Shown piece after piece: positions 9,144 to 18,391 of a stretch of 64,000 nucleotides of DNA. The notes beneath the pieces were generated by a model that made no database searches, was not told the origin of the DNA, and was given only the letters and a program-made list of their open reading frames with translations. Position numbers and translations under genes: made by a program. Numbering within the stretch: the stretch's first letter is position 1; every line of letters starts with the position of its first letter. The DNA is from Desulfobacterales bacterium (lineage in GTDB: Bacteria; Desulfobacterota; Desulfobacteria; Desulfobacterales; UBA5852), in contig CAXXVS010000002.1 in the NCBI GenBank assembly GCA_963674755.2, forward strand, positions 2,208,001-2,272,000, given 5' to 3'.

Positions 9144-9944
9144 CTAACCTTTCATCGCCTGTTCTATGATTTTGTCGTATTCACGGCAGTATTCCGGCGC
9201 TTCCTTCTGGACGAAGATGCCCCGTTCGATCAAATCCGGATTGTCTTTTTTCTTCTGGGATCCGATGGGCACCGTAATGTCCTTGTAGTGCTGCATCATG
9301 TCCGCGGCCGCACCCAGCTTGTTCTTGCGCCCGAAGTGCGTCGGGCATTGGGAGAAAATCTCCACCACGCTGAAACCCTCGTGCAGGATCGCCTGTTTGA
9401 TCAGGTCGGTGGCTTGCTGGGCATGAAAAGTTGTGCTGCGCGCCACAAAGGTGGCCCCGGCGGCCGTAGCCATCTCCACCACATCAAAATCCCGGTCGAT
9501 GTTGTGGAAGGGAGCGGTGGTGGCGTTGATCCCCACCCCGCTCATGGGCGAAAACTGACCGCCCGTCATCCCGTAAATGCGGTTGTTCATGACAATGGCC
9601 GTGATGTCGATATTGCGCCGGCAGGCGTGAATAAAATGGTTCCCGCCAATGGCCAGGGCGTCGCCGTCCCCCATGGGGACAATCACGTTTAACTCCGGTT
9701 TGGAAAGCTTGACCCCGGTGGCAAACGCCAGGGCCCGGCCGTGCAGCGTGTGCAGGGTGTGAAAATCCACATACCCGGAGATGCGCGACGAACATCCAAT
9801 ACCCGAGGCCACCACGATTTCGTTCTTGGAGAGCCCCAACTGCTCCACGGCCCGCAGCAGACTGTTCAAGACGGTGCCGTGGCCGCAACCCGGACACCAC
9901 ATGTGCGGGAAAAAGCGCTGGCGCAGATAATCATGAATGGCCAT
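9144..9944 (-). CDS. korB: 2-oxoacid:ferredoxin oxidoreductase beta subunit (TPP-binding)
   Basis: WCPGCG, SGIGCS, HTLHGR, GDGD, NN.IYGMTGGQ.SP and QCPT motifs; start ATG 9944 (the track over-extends to 10271). Confidence 0.92.
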   Translation of the reverse strand: MAIHDYLRQRFFPHMWCPGCGHGTVLNSLLRAVEQLGLSKNEIVVASGIGCSSRISGYVDFHTLHTLHGRALAFATGVKLSKPELNVIVPMGDGDALAIGGNHFIHACRRNIDITAIVMNNRIYGMTGGQFSPMSGVGINATTAPFHNIDRDFDVVEMATAAGATFVARSTTFHAQQATDLIKQAILHEGFSVVEIFSQCPTHFGRKNKLGAAADMMQHYKDITVPIGSQKKKDNPDLIERGIFVQKEAPEYCREYDKIIEQAMKG

Positions 9945-9945
9945 T

Positions 9946-11094
9946 TTATACCCCCTTTCCCTGGATGAGCCGCAGCAGTTTACGAATATCCATCGGGGTG
10001 ATGAACACACCGTCGATGCGGTTGGCCAGGAAGACCCGCTCCGGAAAATCCACCGCTTTCTTAACTTCCTGCATGACCTGTCCCATGTTCTGCTCCACCA
10101 CGACGACCGCCTCGGCCTGCGCGCATTTTTCACGCACGATGTCCCTGGGAAACGGCCACAGGGTCTGCAATTCCAGCAGCCCCAGACGTTCGCCCCGTAT
10201 GCGCCGATCCTTGACCACGTGCAGGGCCGAGCGGGCCGACGCACCGTAGGACACCAGAACAATCTCCGCATCTTCGAGAGAATGTTCTTTGTAGCGCGCC
10301 AATAGACTGGCGCGATTTTCGATCTTGTCCACCAGGTGGCGGATCAGGCCGTGCACGACGTCCGGGTCCGCCGACGGAAACCCCCACATGTCGTGGTAGA
10401 GACCGGTGACGTTGTAGCGGTGTACGTCACCGAAGTCGCTCATGGGCAGCCGGCCGTCTTCCCGGGGCAGATAGGGATGGTAGTTGACCCCACCCTTGAC
10501 CGAGGTCCGCAGCCGTTCCACCAGGGGAATTTCTCCGGGTTCGGGTATCTCCAGTTTCTCCCGCATGTGGCCCACGATCTCGTCGAACAACAGGATCACC
10601 GGCGTACGGTAGGTCTCGGCCATGTTATACGCCTCGATCGTCATGGCAAAGACATCCTGATGATTGGAAGCGGTCAGCGCAATAATCGCATGGTCCCCAT
10701 GGGTTCCCCAGCGGGCCTGCATCACATCCCCCTGACTGCCGTGGGTGGGAATGCCCGTGGAAGGCCCCCCGCGCTGGACATTGGTGATGACACAAGGAAT
10801 CTCGGCCATGACGGCATAGCCCAGGGCCTCCTGCATGAGCGAAAAGCCCGGGCCGCTGGTGGCCGTCATCACCTTGTGACCGGTCAGCGAGGCCCCGATG
10901 ATCGCAGCTATCGACGCAATTTCATCTTCCATCTGGATGAATTTGCCCCCCGCGGTCGGCAACCGTCGGGCCAGTAATTCCGCAATTTCCGATGACGGGG
11001 TGATGGGGTACCCGGCAAAAAAATCCAGACCGGCATACAGGGCCCCTTCCACACACGCCTCGTTGCCCTGAACGAATTTAACCTGAGTGCTCAT
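9946..11094 (-). CDS. korA: 2-oxoacid:ferredoxin oxidoreductase alpha subunit
   Basis: GNEA, AGYPITPSSE, QMEDE, TATSGPG.SLM.E and QRGGPSTG.PT motifs. Confidence 0.93.
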   Translation of the reverse strand: MSTQVKFVQGNEACVEGALYAGLDFFAGYPITPSSEIAELLARRLPTAGGKFIQMEDEIASIAAIIGASLTGHKVMTATSGPGFSLMQEALGYAVMAEIPCVITNVQRGGPSTGIPTHGSQGDVMQARWGTHGDHAIIALTASNHQDVFAMTIEAYNMAETYRTPVILLFDEIVGHMREKLEIPEPGEIPLVERLRTSVKGGVNYHPYLPREDGRLPMSDFGDVHRYNVTGLYHDMWGFPSADPDVVHGLIRHLVDKIENRASLLARYKEHSLEDAEIVLVSYGASARSALHVVKDRRIRGERLGLLELQTLWPFPRDIVREKCAQAEAVVVVEQNMGQVMQEVKKAVDFPERVFLANRIDGVFITPMDIRKLLRLIQGKGV

Positions 11095-11309
11095 GATCCG
11101 CCCTCTTCGGTTTCGATTTCGATGGCAAGATCCGGGCAGCGGATCTCACAAAGTTTGCAGGCGATGCAATCTTCCATTCGGACCACTTCCGATTTCTCCT
11201 GCTGGTTCAGCTCAAGCACATGCTTGGGGCAAAAGGCCACACAAATGCCGCACCCCTTGCACCATTCGGCGTTGATTCTTATCTCGCTGACGTTCGTTTT
11301 GTTAACCAT
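11091..11309 (-). CDS. korD: 2[4Fe-4S] ferredoxin, delta subunit of the oxidoreductase
   Basis: CKGCGICVAFCP and CIACKLCEIRCP; overlaps the korA start. Confidence 0.9.
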   Translation of the reverse strand: MVNKTNVSEIRINAEWCKGCGICVAFCPKHVLELNQQEKSEVVRMEDCIACKLCEIRCPDLAIEIETEEGGS

Positions 11310-11393
11310 TTAGGATACGATCCTTTATCCTGCTTCCATGAGTGGTTCGACTCCATCAGATGCGCCTATTAGGGAATGAACCGCGCAAACTCC

Positions 11394-12953
11394 TCATGGG
11401 ACGACTTTGCGGACGGCATCTATCACCGTACCATCAACCCATTTCACAATGGCGACGATCTCCTCATCGAGTTTCGGTTTTTCAGGCTTGCCGCAAATTT
11501 GTTCCGCCATGGCCTTGAGTTCTTCAATGGGTTTGATCGGCAAGGAAGATCCCTTGACGGCATCCATCAGATCTTGTCGCTTGGGATTTATAGCGATGCC
11601 GCGTTCGGTGACGATGACATCGATCATTTCACCAGGGCCGCAGAGGGTTGTTACCTCATCGAGAATCACCGGGATGCGCCCTCTGAAGAGCGGGAGAGGG
11701 AAGATAACGCATTTTGCTGCCAGGCAGTTCTGCCACCCGCCGATGCCGTGCAATAGATATCCGTCGGAATGGGTCACCACATTGCCGTTGAAATTCAAAT
11801 CCACCTCGGTGGCACCCAATATGACGACATCCAGCATGGAAGCAAAGTTGCCTTTGCCATGATAATTATAGCTGGTGAAAGGGCTGGTATCGACGTGGTT
11901 TGTGTTCTCGCGCATGGACCGGACGCCGTCGAGGTCGAAGGTTTGTCCATCCAGGATATACTTGGTCAGGTTACTCTCCAGCATTTCCACCAGGTACTTA
12001 TTGCTGCCGCCCCGAGCAAATGCGCAGGCGAGTCCCTTGCGTTTCAGAATTTCTCCGAAATAGATGCCGATGGACAAGGCGGTTCCGCCGGCGCCGGCTT
12101 GAAAGGAAAAGTGGTCATGAAACAATCCGGCGGCCTCACAGAACTGGGCCGTCATCTCCGCCAGAAGCAGGCGGTCCGGACTTTTCGTGACCTGGGTAGT
12201 GCCGGAAATGATTTTTTCAGGAATTCCAACCTTGTCCACCTTTACGGTATAATCTACGTAGTTTCCTTGAATCTGCCAGGGAATACAGGGAAAGGGAACA
12301 AGGTTGTCTGTCACCACGATAGTTTTATCGGCGTACTGCGCGTCCGCTAATGCGAAGCCCAGAAGGCCGCAGGCCGTCGGCCCGTAAAGCCCGTTGGCAT
12401 TCCCAAAACTATCCGCTGCCGGTGCGGCGATCACCGCGATATCAATATGCAAATCGCCGTCCTGGATCGCCTGGTACCGTCCGCCGTGTGATCTAAGCAC
12501 ACCGGTGCCGCGCATGTGACCCTGAGAGCAAAAACGGCCGAGGTCCCCGTTCATACTGCCTTCGATGTGATGAATAACGCCGCTTTTTAAATGGTCTATG
12601 ATGGGGTTATGGCAGGGAAACGAAGCTGACGGCGCCCAAACCAAATCTTTGAGGCCCAACTGCGCAGCGATCTCAAACACCTGGTTTGCAATGAGATCAC
12701 CATTGCGAAAATGATGATGGGTCGAAATGGTCATTCCATCTTTCAATCCCGCCTTGATCAAGGCCGATTTTAAATCCGGCTGCAATTTGTTTCCATCAGC
12801 CGGATAGTCGGCGCAGGTGGCGATGGGAGGGCCGTATTTGCGCCCCGACGGCCTGTATTTCCCAACTCCTCTGAATGGTTCCAGCGCTTTACCGTTCGCT
12901 ATAACAGGAACCATCCGACCTGCCGTGTTTTGAACACAATTCATATTACTCAT
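11394..12953 (-). CDS. citF: Citrate lyase alpha subunit (CoA/ACP transferase)
   Basis: GLKDGMTISTHHHFRNGD, RSHGGR, ACG.LG, FSFQAGAGG, LGATEVD.NFN.NV and DVIVTERGIAINP motifs; start ATG 12953 overlaps the citE stop. Confidence 0.92.
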   Translation of the reverse strand: MSNMNCVQNTAGRMVPVIANGKALEPFRGVGKYRPSGRKYGPPIATCADYPADGNKLQPDLKSALIKAGLKDGMTISTHHHFRNGDLIANQVFEIAAQLGLKDLVWAPSASFPCHNPIIDHLKSGVIHHIEGSMNGDLGRFCSQGHMRGTGVLRSHGGRYQAIQDGDLHIDIAVIAAPAADSFGNANGLYGPTACGLLGFALADAQYADKTIVVTDNLVPFPCIPWQIQGNYVDYTVKVDKVGIPEKIISGTTQVTKSPDRLLLAEMTAQFCEAAGLFHDHFSFQAGAGGTALSIGIYFGEILKRKGLACAFARGGSNKYLVEMLESNLTKYILDGQTFDLDGVRSMRENTNHVDTSPFTSYNYHGKGNFASMLDVVILGATEVDLNFNGNVVTHSDGYLLHGIGGWQNCLAAKCVIFPLPLFRGRIPVILDEVTTLCGPGEMIDVIVTERGIAINPKRQDLMDAVKGSSLPIKPIEELKAMAEQICGKPEKPKLDEEIVAIVKWVDGTVIDAVRKVVP

Positions 12954-14160
12954 GACTTCCTCTCCAATCCTCCGACAGTTTACCCAGTTGAATTGCTGCC
13001 ATAATGGTTCGCTGGGCTTTCTCCACAACGGGCGCATCGATCATTTTGGTGCCGACTGAAACAACCCCTTTACCTTCTCCAAGGGCTTTCTCGAATGCCT
13101 TGGCGATGGTCTTGGACTTCAGGATCTCCTCCTCGTCCGGAGAATACCCATCATGGATGATCCTGATTTGCCGCGGGTGAATACAGCCCATGCCTTCGAA
13201 GCCTAATGTTTTTGAACGCTGAACCGTCTGCTTCAGACCTTCGGTGTCACCCACGTCGGAAAAAACGGAATCGATGGCCTGGAGGTCGTACGCTTTGCAC
13301 ACATTGACCAGATGGCTGCGTGCATAGAGCGATTCAATGGCCTCGGTGGACCGTCTGACGCCAAGATCGGCCGTGTAGTCCTCCAGTCCGATGGCTAAGG
13401 CGACGATATTCTTCCCGGCCGCGGCAATTTTTTCGGCGTTAAGAACCCCTTTGGCGCTCTCGATGATCGGCATGAGGAAAACTTCCTGCTCCGATTTCTC
13501 ACCTGACTTGATCGCCTCGATGCGGTCATTGACTTGTTCGATTTCTGCGCCGGATTCGCATTTGGGAATGAGAATGACGTGCACGTTGTGGGGCACCACC
13601 TGATCGAGGTCCGTCAGCCCCCGTGGAATCTGGTTGATACGCACCATTCGCTCGGCACCGTAAAAGTCGACCTGCCGCAGTGCATTGCGAACCAACAGGC
13701 GGGCTTCATCCTTTTTATCCACCGCCACGGCATCCTCCAGATCCAGAATTACGGCGTGGGGGTGATGAATACCCGCGTTGATCATCATTTTGGGGGTATT
13801 CCCCGGAAGATAAAGACGCGACTGGCGCAACTGCTTGCGGGCCGATCCATACTGGTTGGCCGGCAGTATATCCGGCAAGAAATTGTGCTCAACCGGGAAT
13901 GCCTTCTTGATGCAGGCTTCAATCCTGGCGGCCAGGACAAAATCCAGCGCGCCTGCGTCTTCGATATGGACATCGCCTTTCTCGATACTGAAAAAGTCAA
14001 AGACCTTTCTGGCCGTTGCGGCAATGGCCTTGCCAAAGAGAATATCGACCCGGCTTTCCACGCGGATAGCGAGGTCTTTGTCCGCCTCCGGGTCGAAGGT
14101 TATCAGACAATCACCGCGTACCTTGGTTCCTTTGTTGCCTGCTGTAACCGGATATTTCAA
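12946..14160 (-). CDS. citE: Fusion of citrate-lyase acyl-carrier (CitD-like) domain and citryl-CoA lyase (CitE)
   Basis: N-terminal ~90 aa is CitD-like (AG...DC, ES.V...FG..I, D.GALDFV..ARIE). The remainder is CitE (RSRLYLPGN-like, LDLEDAV, VRIN, PK.E, IESA.G, G.EDY, CIHPRQ). Confidence 0.88.
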   Translation of the reverse strand: MKYPVTAGNKGTKVRGDCLITFDPEADKDLAIRVESRVDILFGKAIAATARKVFDFFSIEKGDVHIEDAGALDFVLAARIEACIKKAFPVEHNFLPDILPANQYGSARKQLRQSRLYLPGNTPKMMINAGIHHPHAVILDLEDAVAVDKKDEARLLVRNALRQVDFYGAERMVRINQIPRGLTDLDQVVPHNVHVILIPKCESGAEIEQVNDRIEAIKSGEKSEQEVFLMPIIESAKGVLNAEKIAAAGKNIVALAIGLEDYTADLGVRRSTEAIESLYARSHLVNVCKAYDLQAIDSVFSDVGDTEGLKQTVQRSKTLGFEGMGCIHPRQIRIIHDGYSPDEEEILKSKTIAKAFEKALGEGKGVVSVGTKMIDAPVVEKAQRTIMAAIQLGKLSEDWRGSHE

Positions 14161-14162
14161 TT

Positions 14163-15137
14163 TTAGGCTCCTTTGTTCAATACTGATGCGGTGTGTGAAA
14201 ACACCGCGTCGGGTCGCTGGACGACGGTGATACCGGCATCCTCCAGGACGTTTCGTTTATACGCATAGGATTCTTCTTCATTGCGGATCATGGCTCCCGC
14301 ATGGCTCTGGGCCACGCCGGCTTTCGAGAACTTACCCCCCAGGAACAGCACAATGGGTTTGGTGATCGCCCCGGTCCTCACGGCTGCCGCCAGATCATTT
14401 TCCTGGGTGGTGCCGGTTTCGCCGTAAACGGCCATTACCTTGGTGCGGGGGTCTTTTTGAAAAGCACGTGCGGCATCGAGGAGGGTGACGCCGGGAATGG
14501 GATCCCCGCCGATGCACAGGACGGCACTGACGCCTGGATAGGTCTCGTCCCACAGGGGACCAAAAGATCCATCAGGACGCGGCCCGGATAGATGAGGGCG
14601 GCAATGAAACGCGCCGAAGAGTTGGGACAACCCGCCGGAGCGGGAGATGATGCCGACACAGCCGGGCAGATAGTTTTTCCTGGCCCACTCCGCATTGCCG
14701 CCGATCAGCCCGAACAGATAACCGGTTGTGTCCAGCATGCCCACCGTATTGGGCCCCAGGTAGAGGCTTCCTTTTGCCCGGGCGTATTCCTTGACGACGA
14801 TCTGGTCGTGGATCGGTACGCCGTCGGCCGTGAACACCAGGAATCTAATCCCGGCCTCCATGGCGTCCATGGCCGCCGCCTTAACGGCACCGGCCGGGAC
14901 GTAGGTGACTGCGCAGTTGATCTCGGGAATGGCTGCCACGGCCTCGGCGGCGGAATTGAAAACCGGTACGCCGTCGACCGACTGCCCGCCCTTTCCCGGG
15001 GTACAGCCGGCGAGAATCGGCGTTCCCACCGCTTTCATCGTTCGGCTGGCATTTCTGCCCATCTTGCCGGTGATGCCGAAAACCAGAACGTTTGGGGTTT
15101 CAATATCAGCCAGATGTTTTAGAATTCCGTCCATCAA
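14163..15137 (-). CDS. Acyl-CoA synthetase (NDP-forming) alpha subunit, SucD-like
   Basis: GITGKMG, TPGKGG, GPNTVG, ISRSGGL, IGGD and phospho-His motif SHAGA. Confidence 0.85.
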   Translation of the reverse strand: MMDGILKHLADIETPNVLVFGITGKMGRNASRTMKAVGTPILAGCTPGKGGQSVDGVPVFNSAAEAVAAIPEINCAVTYVPAGAVKAAAMDAMEAGIRFLVFTADGVPIHDQIVVKEYARAKGSLYLGPNTVGMLDTTGYLFGLIGGNAEWARKNYLPGCVGIISRSGGLSQLFGAFHCRPHLSGPRPDGSFGPLWDETYPGVSAVLCIGGDPIPGVTLLDAARAFQKDPRTKVMAVYGETGTTQENDLAAAVRTGAITKPIVLFLGGKFSKAGVAQSHAGAMIRNEEESYAYKRNVLEDAGITVVQRPDAVFSHTASVLNKGA

Positions 15138-16621
15138 TTCATCTCCGGAATATCGAGCTTTATGCGCAGCTCCCCATTGCCCTCGAGCAGGGATACGGTC
15201 TCACACAAGAGGCAGCCGATGCATCGGGCGTCTTGCGCCGGTTCCACCCATCGTCTATCCGGATTCCACTTCAGGAACTGCGTCGGACAAATCGTGACGC
15301 ATGGGGGTGGGGTCGGCTGCGTCCATTTCTGCGGATCGAAATAAAATTCACCCGGTGGGAGATCGACGCGGAAAGCGGGTTCTCCGCCGGGTTGATCTTC
15401 CGGCACGACGGTCATCCGTTTTTCCGATGCCATCTGCGCAATATGGTCGATCATGGCACTGGGGAACAGGTGGGCCGGAAAGGTTTTCACCTTAACCGGC
15501 AGACTCGGCATGACCCTTTCCATCAGGGCCTGGGCTTTGTCCTCCTCGGTACCCCCGAACCGCAACAGGGAGGGCAAGGGGGTCGGGCTTTCACGCAGCG
15601 CTTTCCAGACCGCCGCAGCCAGGTGATATTGATTTTGAAACGCCATGCCCGATCCGGTGAGCAGCAGGACTTGAGGGGTATCGAGCGCCAGAATGGCCCG
15701 CAGCAATCGATAACTCTTAAAGGCCGAGAGTCCGCCTGACGTATCGGATTCGTTCGCACTGTAAATATCCTTTCGTCCGCCCACGGCCATCTCCCATAGC
15801 ATCTTGCCGCCGCCCCCGCACAGATTGGTGGCCACGCGGTATGCACCGGCAGGGACCGGCGCGCGATTTTCACGGATGAAACCGGTTCCGGCCGGTTCAA
15901 GGGCGTTGATTTTTTCGACGATGCGCTCGATACGGGTCTGCTCCTCACGACCGGCGTCATGGATAGTGAACAATGGCTTATCGGCTTTGGCGATGGCATG
16001 CCTTTCGAATTCGGCACGGCAATCGATCACCAGCAAGGATCCGTCTTCCCGCACGCCCACGGGGTTGACTTCCAGTACGGTGAGTTTGTAGCGAATAAAG
16101 GTATTGATGATGCCTTCGAGAAAGGTGGCCAGGGCCTCGGGATGATCCAGTTCGGCGAAATGACCGGTGAGCATGTCTGCCGTGGGCGGACGAAGCAGGG
16201 AGAAAGATATTTTCTTCAGGCTTCCGGACCGCTCTTCAACCCCGGATCCGCCCTGGGACGAAAACATGAGGATGCCGCCGGGAAGTTTGTTGGCGCTGCC
16301 AAAGTCCAATATGCAGCCCACATAATACTCGTGACAAAGTTTGGCTGCGGATGTCACCAGCAAGCCTTCAACAGGCCCTTGCGCCTTTGCGGCGAACATC
16401 TCCTCGATATCCGATGCCATTTGAAGGGGATCTTCCACCCGCCGGACGAGTCCCTGGGCGGCCCGGCTGGTCGCACCCGTAATTTGGGCCTTCAGGTAAA
16501 CCGGGGGGGGGAGCCGATCGCGGCCTGGATCGTTTTGCGTATTGAGAAACACGCCGTCCACCAAAGGGACGCCTTGGTTGGCGAGCAGGCGGCGCGTCTT
16601 GTATTCCGGTAGCGCGGTCAT
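15134..16621 (-). CDS. Divergent SucC-like ATP-grasp beta subunit with C-terminal ferredoxin-like domain
   Basis: EYK...L...GVP, KAQI, EYYVG, S.QGG..VE, EVNP, GGGG and RFGGT motifs; tail contains CVTICP and CIGCLLC. Confidence 0.8.
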   Translation of the reverse strand: MTALPEYKTRRLLANQGVPLVDGVFLNTQNDPGRDRLPPPVYLKAQITGATSRAAQGLVRRVEDPLQMASDIEEMFAAKAQGPVEGLLVTSAAKLCHEYYVGCILDFGSANKLPGGILMFSSQGGSGVEERSGSLKKISFSLLRPPTADMLTGHFAELDHPEALATFLEGIINTFIRYKLTVLEVNPVGVREDGSLLVIDCRAEFERHAIAKADKPLFTIHDAGREEQTRIERIVEKINALEPAGTGFIRENRAPVPAGAYRVATNLCGGGGKMLWEMAVGGRKDIYSANESDTSGGLSAFKSYRLLRAILALDTPQVLLLTGSGMAFQNQYHLAAAVWKALRESPTPLPSLLRFGGTEEDKAQALMERVMPSLPVKVKTFPAHLFPSAMIDHIAQMASEKRMTVVPEDQPGGEPAFRVDLPPGEFYFDPQKWTQPTPPPCVTICPTQFLKWNPDRRWVEPAQDARCIGCLLCETVSLLEGNGELRIKLDIPEMN

Positions 16622-16638
16622 GGTCTGTTCCTTGTGAC

Positions 16639-17778
16639 TTATCTGATGAACGCATTCCCGCTCATGAGCAGGCGAGCTGTCCGGCTAAGTAGAATTTTTT
16701 GAACCACGCCCTCACTGGATATCAAAGTCTCCAAACTCATCGTCCCGCTGGGATGGCCGATCCTGATCTGATAGGTTTCGCCGAGACCGGCGTTTTCGGA
16801 AGTCATGAATTCCGAGGCGATCGTGCCGGGCAGGCAGCACGCCGCCGCGGTAGCGACCGAGCCGGTACCGGGGTAGGCCTTGGAAAACAGTCCTCTGGTG
16901 ATGCTTCTGGAAAACAGGTCGTAACCGTCGGCAGGGATATCGTCTCCATTCAACGTTGCGTAATCACGCGGCGCACCGACGATAAACAGCAACGGATTCA
17001 TCTTGATTCTGAACTCGTCGGAATCCAGAGTGGCATCGATATAGCCCAGGGAGATGGCAATCGAGGCCCGAATCGTCTCCAGTTTTTTTACCAGGGTCCG
17101 GTTTTCCTGAAGCGTGACAATATCCGTCGAATCGTCCATGCCCACATCGGACGCGCGAATAAAGATGCAAAGGTTGGCCAGATCGACGACCGACGCGTCT
17201 ATCTTACCAAGATTGGGCACGTCATAGGTGTCGCATGGGGAGCCGGTCGGCAGAATGCCCCGGCCGAGGATACAGCCGGAGAAATCGCTGAAATCCAGGT
17301 CCAGACGCGCCGCCGTACCCGGGACCCCGCCGATTGAATAGCCGCCATCGATCTTGGGCTGAGAATTCTCCACCGGCACGGTAGCAATCAGGGTCCTGCC
17401 GGTATTCACCTGGTGGATTCTGACCTTGGCGGCTTCGCCTTCGGTGGCGACGTATTTTTTATGCACGGCGTAAAGCGCCGCTCCGGCCGAGATATTGCCG
17501 CAGTTGCTCTTCCAGTCGATAAAGGGCAGGGTGATGTTGACCTGACCGAACAGGTAATCGATATCACAATCGTCCTTTGTCGGCGCGCCCATCACGGCAA
17601 CCTTACTGGTCAATTTGTCGGCCCCGCCGAGACCGTCGATTTGCCTTGCATCCGGGCTGCCAAACAAGGATAGAATTTCACGGTCGAATCGATCTTTTTC
17701 GCTTGGCAACGCTTTTCTATCGATGAAAATACCTTTGCTGGTGCCGCCCCTGATAATATCGCACGGTATCTGCTTCAT
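16639..17778 (-). CDS. prpF: PrpF family isomerase (methylaconitate/aconitate/methylitaconate isomerase-like)
   Basis: RGGTSKG, GSPDARQIDGLGG..LTSKVA, DY.FGQV, NCGNISAG, GHPSG and RTAR.LM.G motifs. Confidence 0.9.
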   Translation of the reverse strand: MKQIPCDIIRGGTSKGIFIDRKALPSEKDRFDREILSLFGSPDARQIDGLGGADKLTSKVAVMGAPTKDDCDIDYLFGQVNITLPFIDWKSNCGNISAGAALYAVHKKYVATEGEAAKVRIHQVNTGRTLIATVPVENSQPKIDGGYSIGGVPGTAARLDLDFSDFSGCILGRGILPTGSPCDTYDVPNLGKIDASVVDLANLCIFIRASDVGMDDSTDIVTLQENRTLVKKLETIRASIAISLGYIDATLDSDEFRIKMNPLLFIVGAPRDYATLNGDDIPADGYDLFSRSITRGLFSKAYPGTGSVATAAACCLPGTIASEFMTSENAGLGETYQIRIGHPSGTMSLETLISSEGVVQKILLSRTARLLMSGNAFIR

Positions 17779-18152
17779 TTTTTTCTCCTTTAATTGATAG
17801 TGTTATTTTCAGATGTCCCACTCGAACATTGCAGAAAAAACTTCCCCGTACTCATTAGGCGACCTTGAAACGGGTGTTGAATGGGATAGTGTGGATCATC
17901 CGGTCGGTAATCCGCTTGAGTTGGCTGAAGTCGGCTAACCCCAGACAGGTATGGTAAAGCCAGTGGTAGTACCAGCTCGGCAGGACAGCCGCCGGACCGA
18001 TAGCAGAATGGCTTTCTTTATTCTCTTCATTTGCCTGTCCTCGAACATCACCTTTCACGGATAACCGGATAAATACTTTTTCTTTGGCCTTTTTCGCACC
18101 GCTTGAGGCGTCCGGCCGTATCTATGGTAATTTTGGCTTTTAGCCCTCCTAA

Positions 18153-18169
18153 TTAAAATATCGTGCCAA
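18153..18169 (-). promoter_or_regulatory. Possible sigma54 -24 box upstream of prpF
   Basis: Minus strand reads TTGGCACGATATTTTAA; the first 11 nt are identical to 4285-4295, but the -12 element is non-consensus. Confidence 0.35.
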
Positions 18170-18391
18170 TTTGCAAACAAATTCTAAATTGTCCATTTTC
18201 TTGATTCCCGATGTTTCGTAATTTGCCTCATATTGCATATCTATTCGAAATAAAGGAGATTTTAGACTTATGAGGAGGAGCCTGACGCGATGAGCAAAGG
18301 CGCATGTTCATCCCTTGATTTGCATTGACACGAAATATAGTTGCATGTATGTTCCACATAATGAAATATATTTGAAACACAGGGGTTGCAC

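Noticed and set aside
9945..10271. N-terminal extension of korB in the ORF track
   Set aside because: It overlaps korA out of frame; the real start is ATG 9944 with an RBS.
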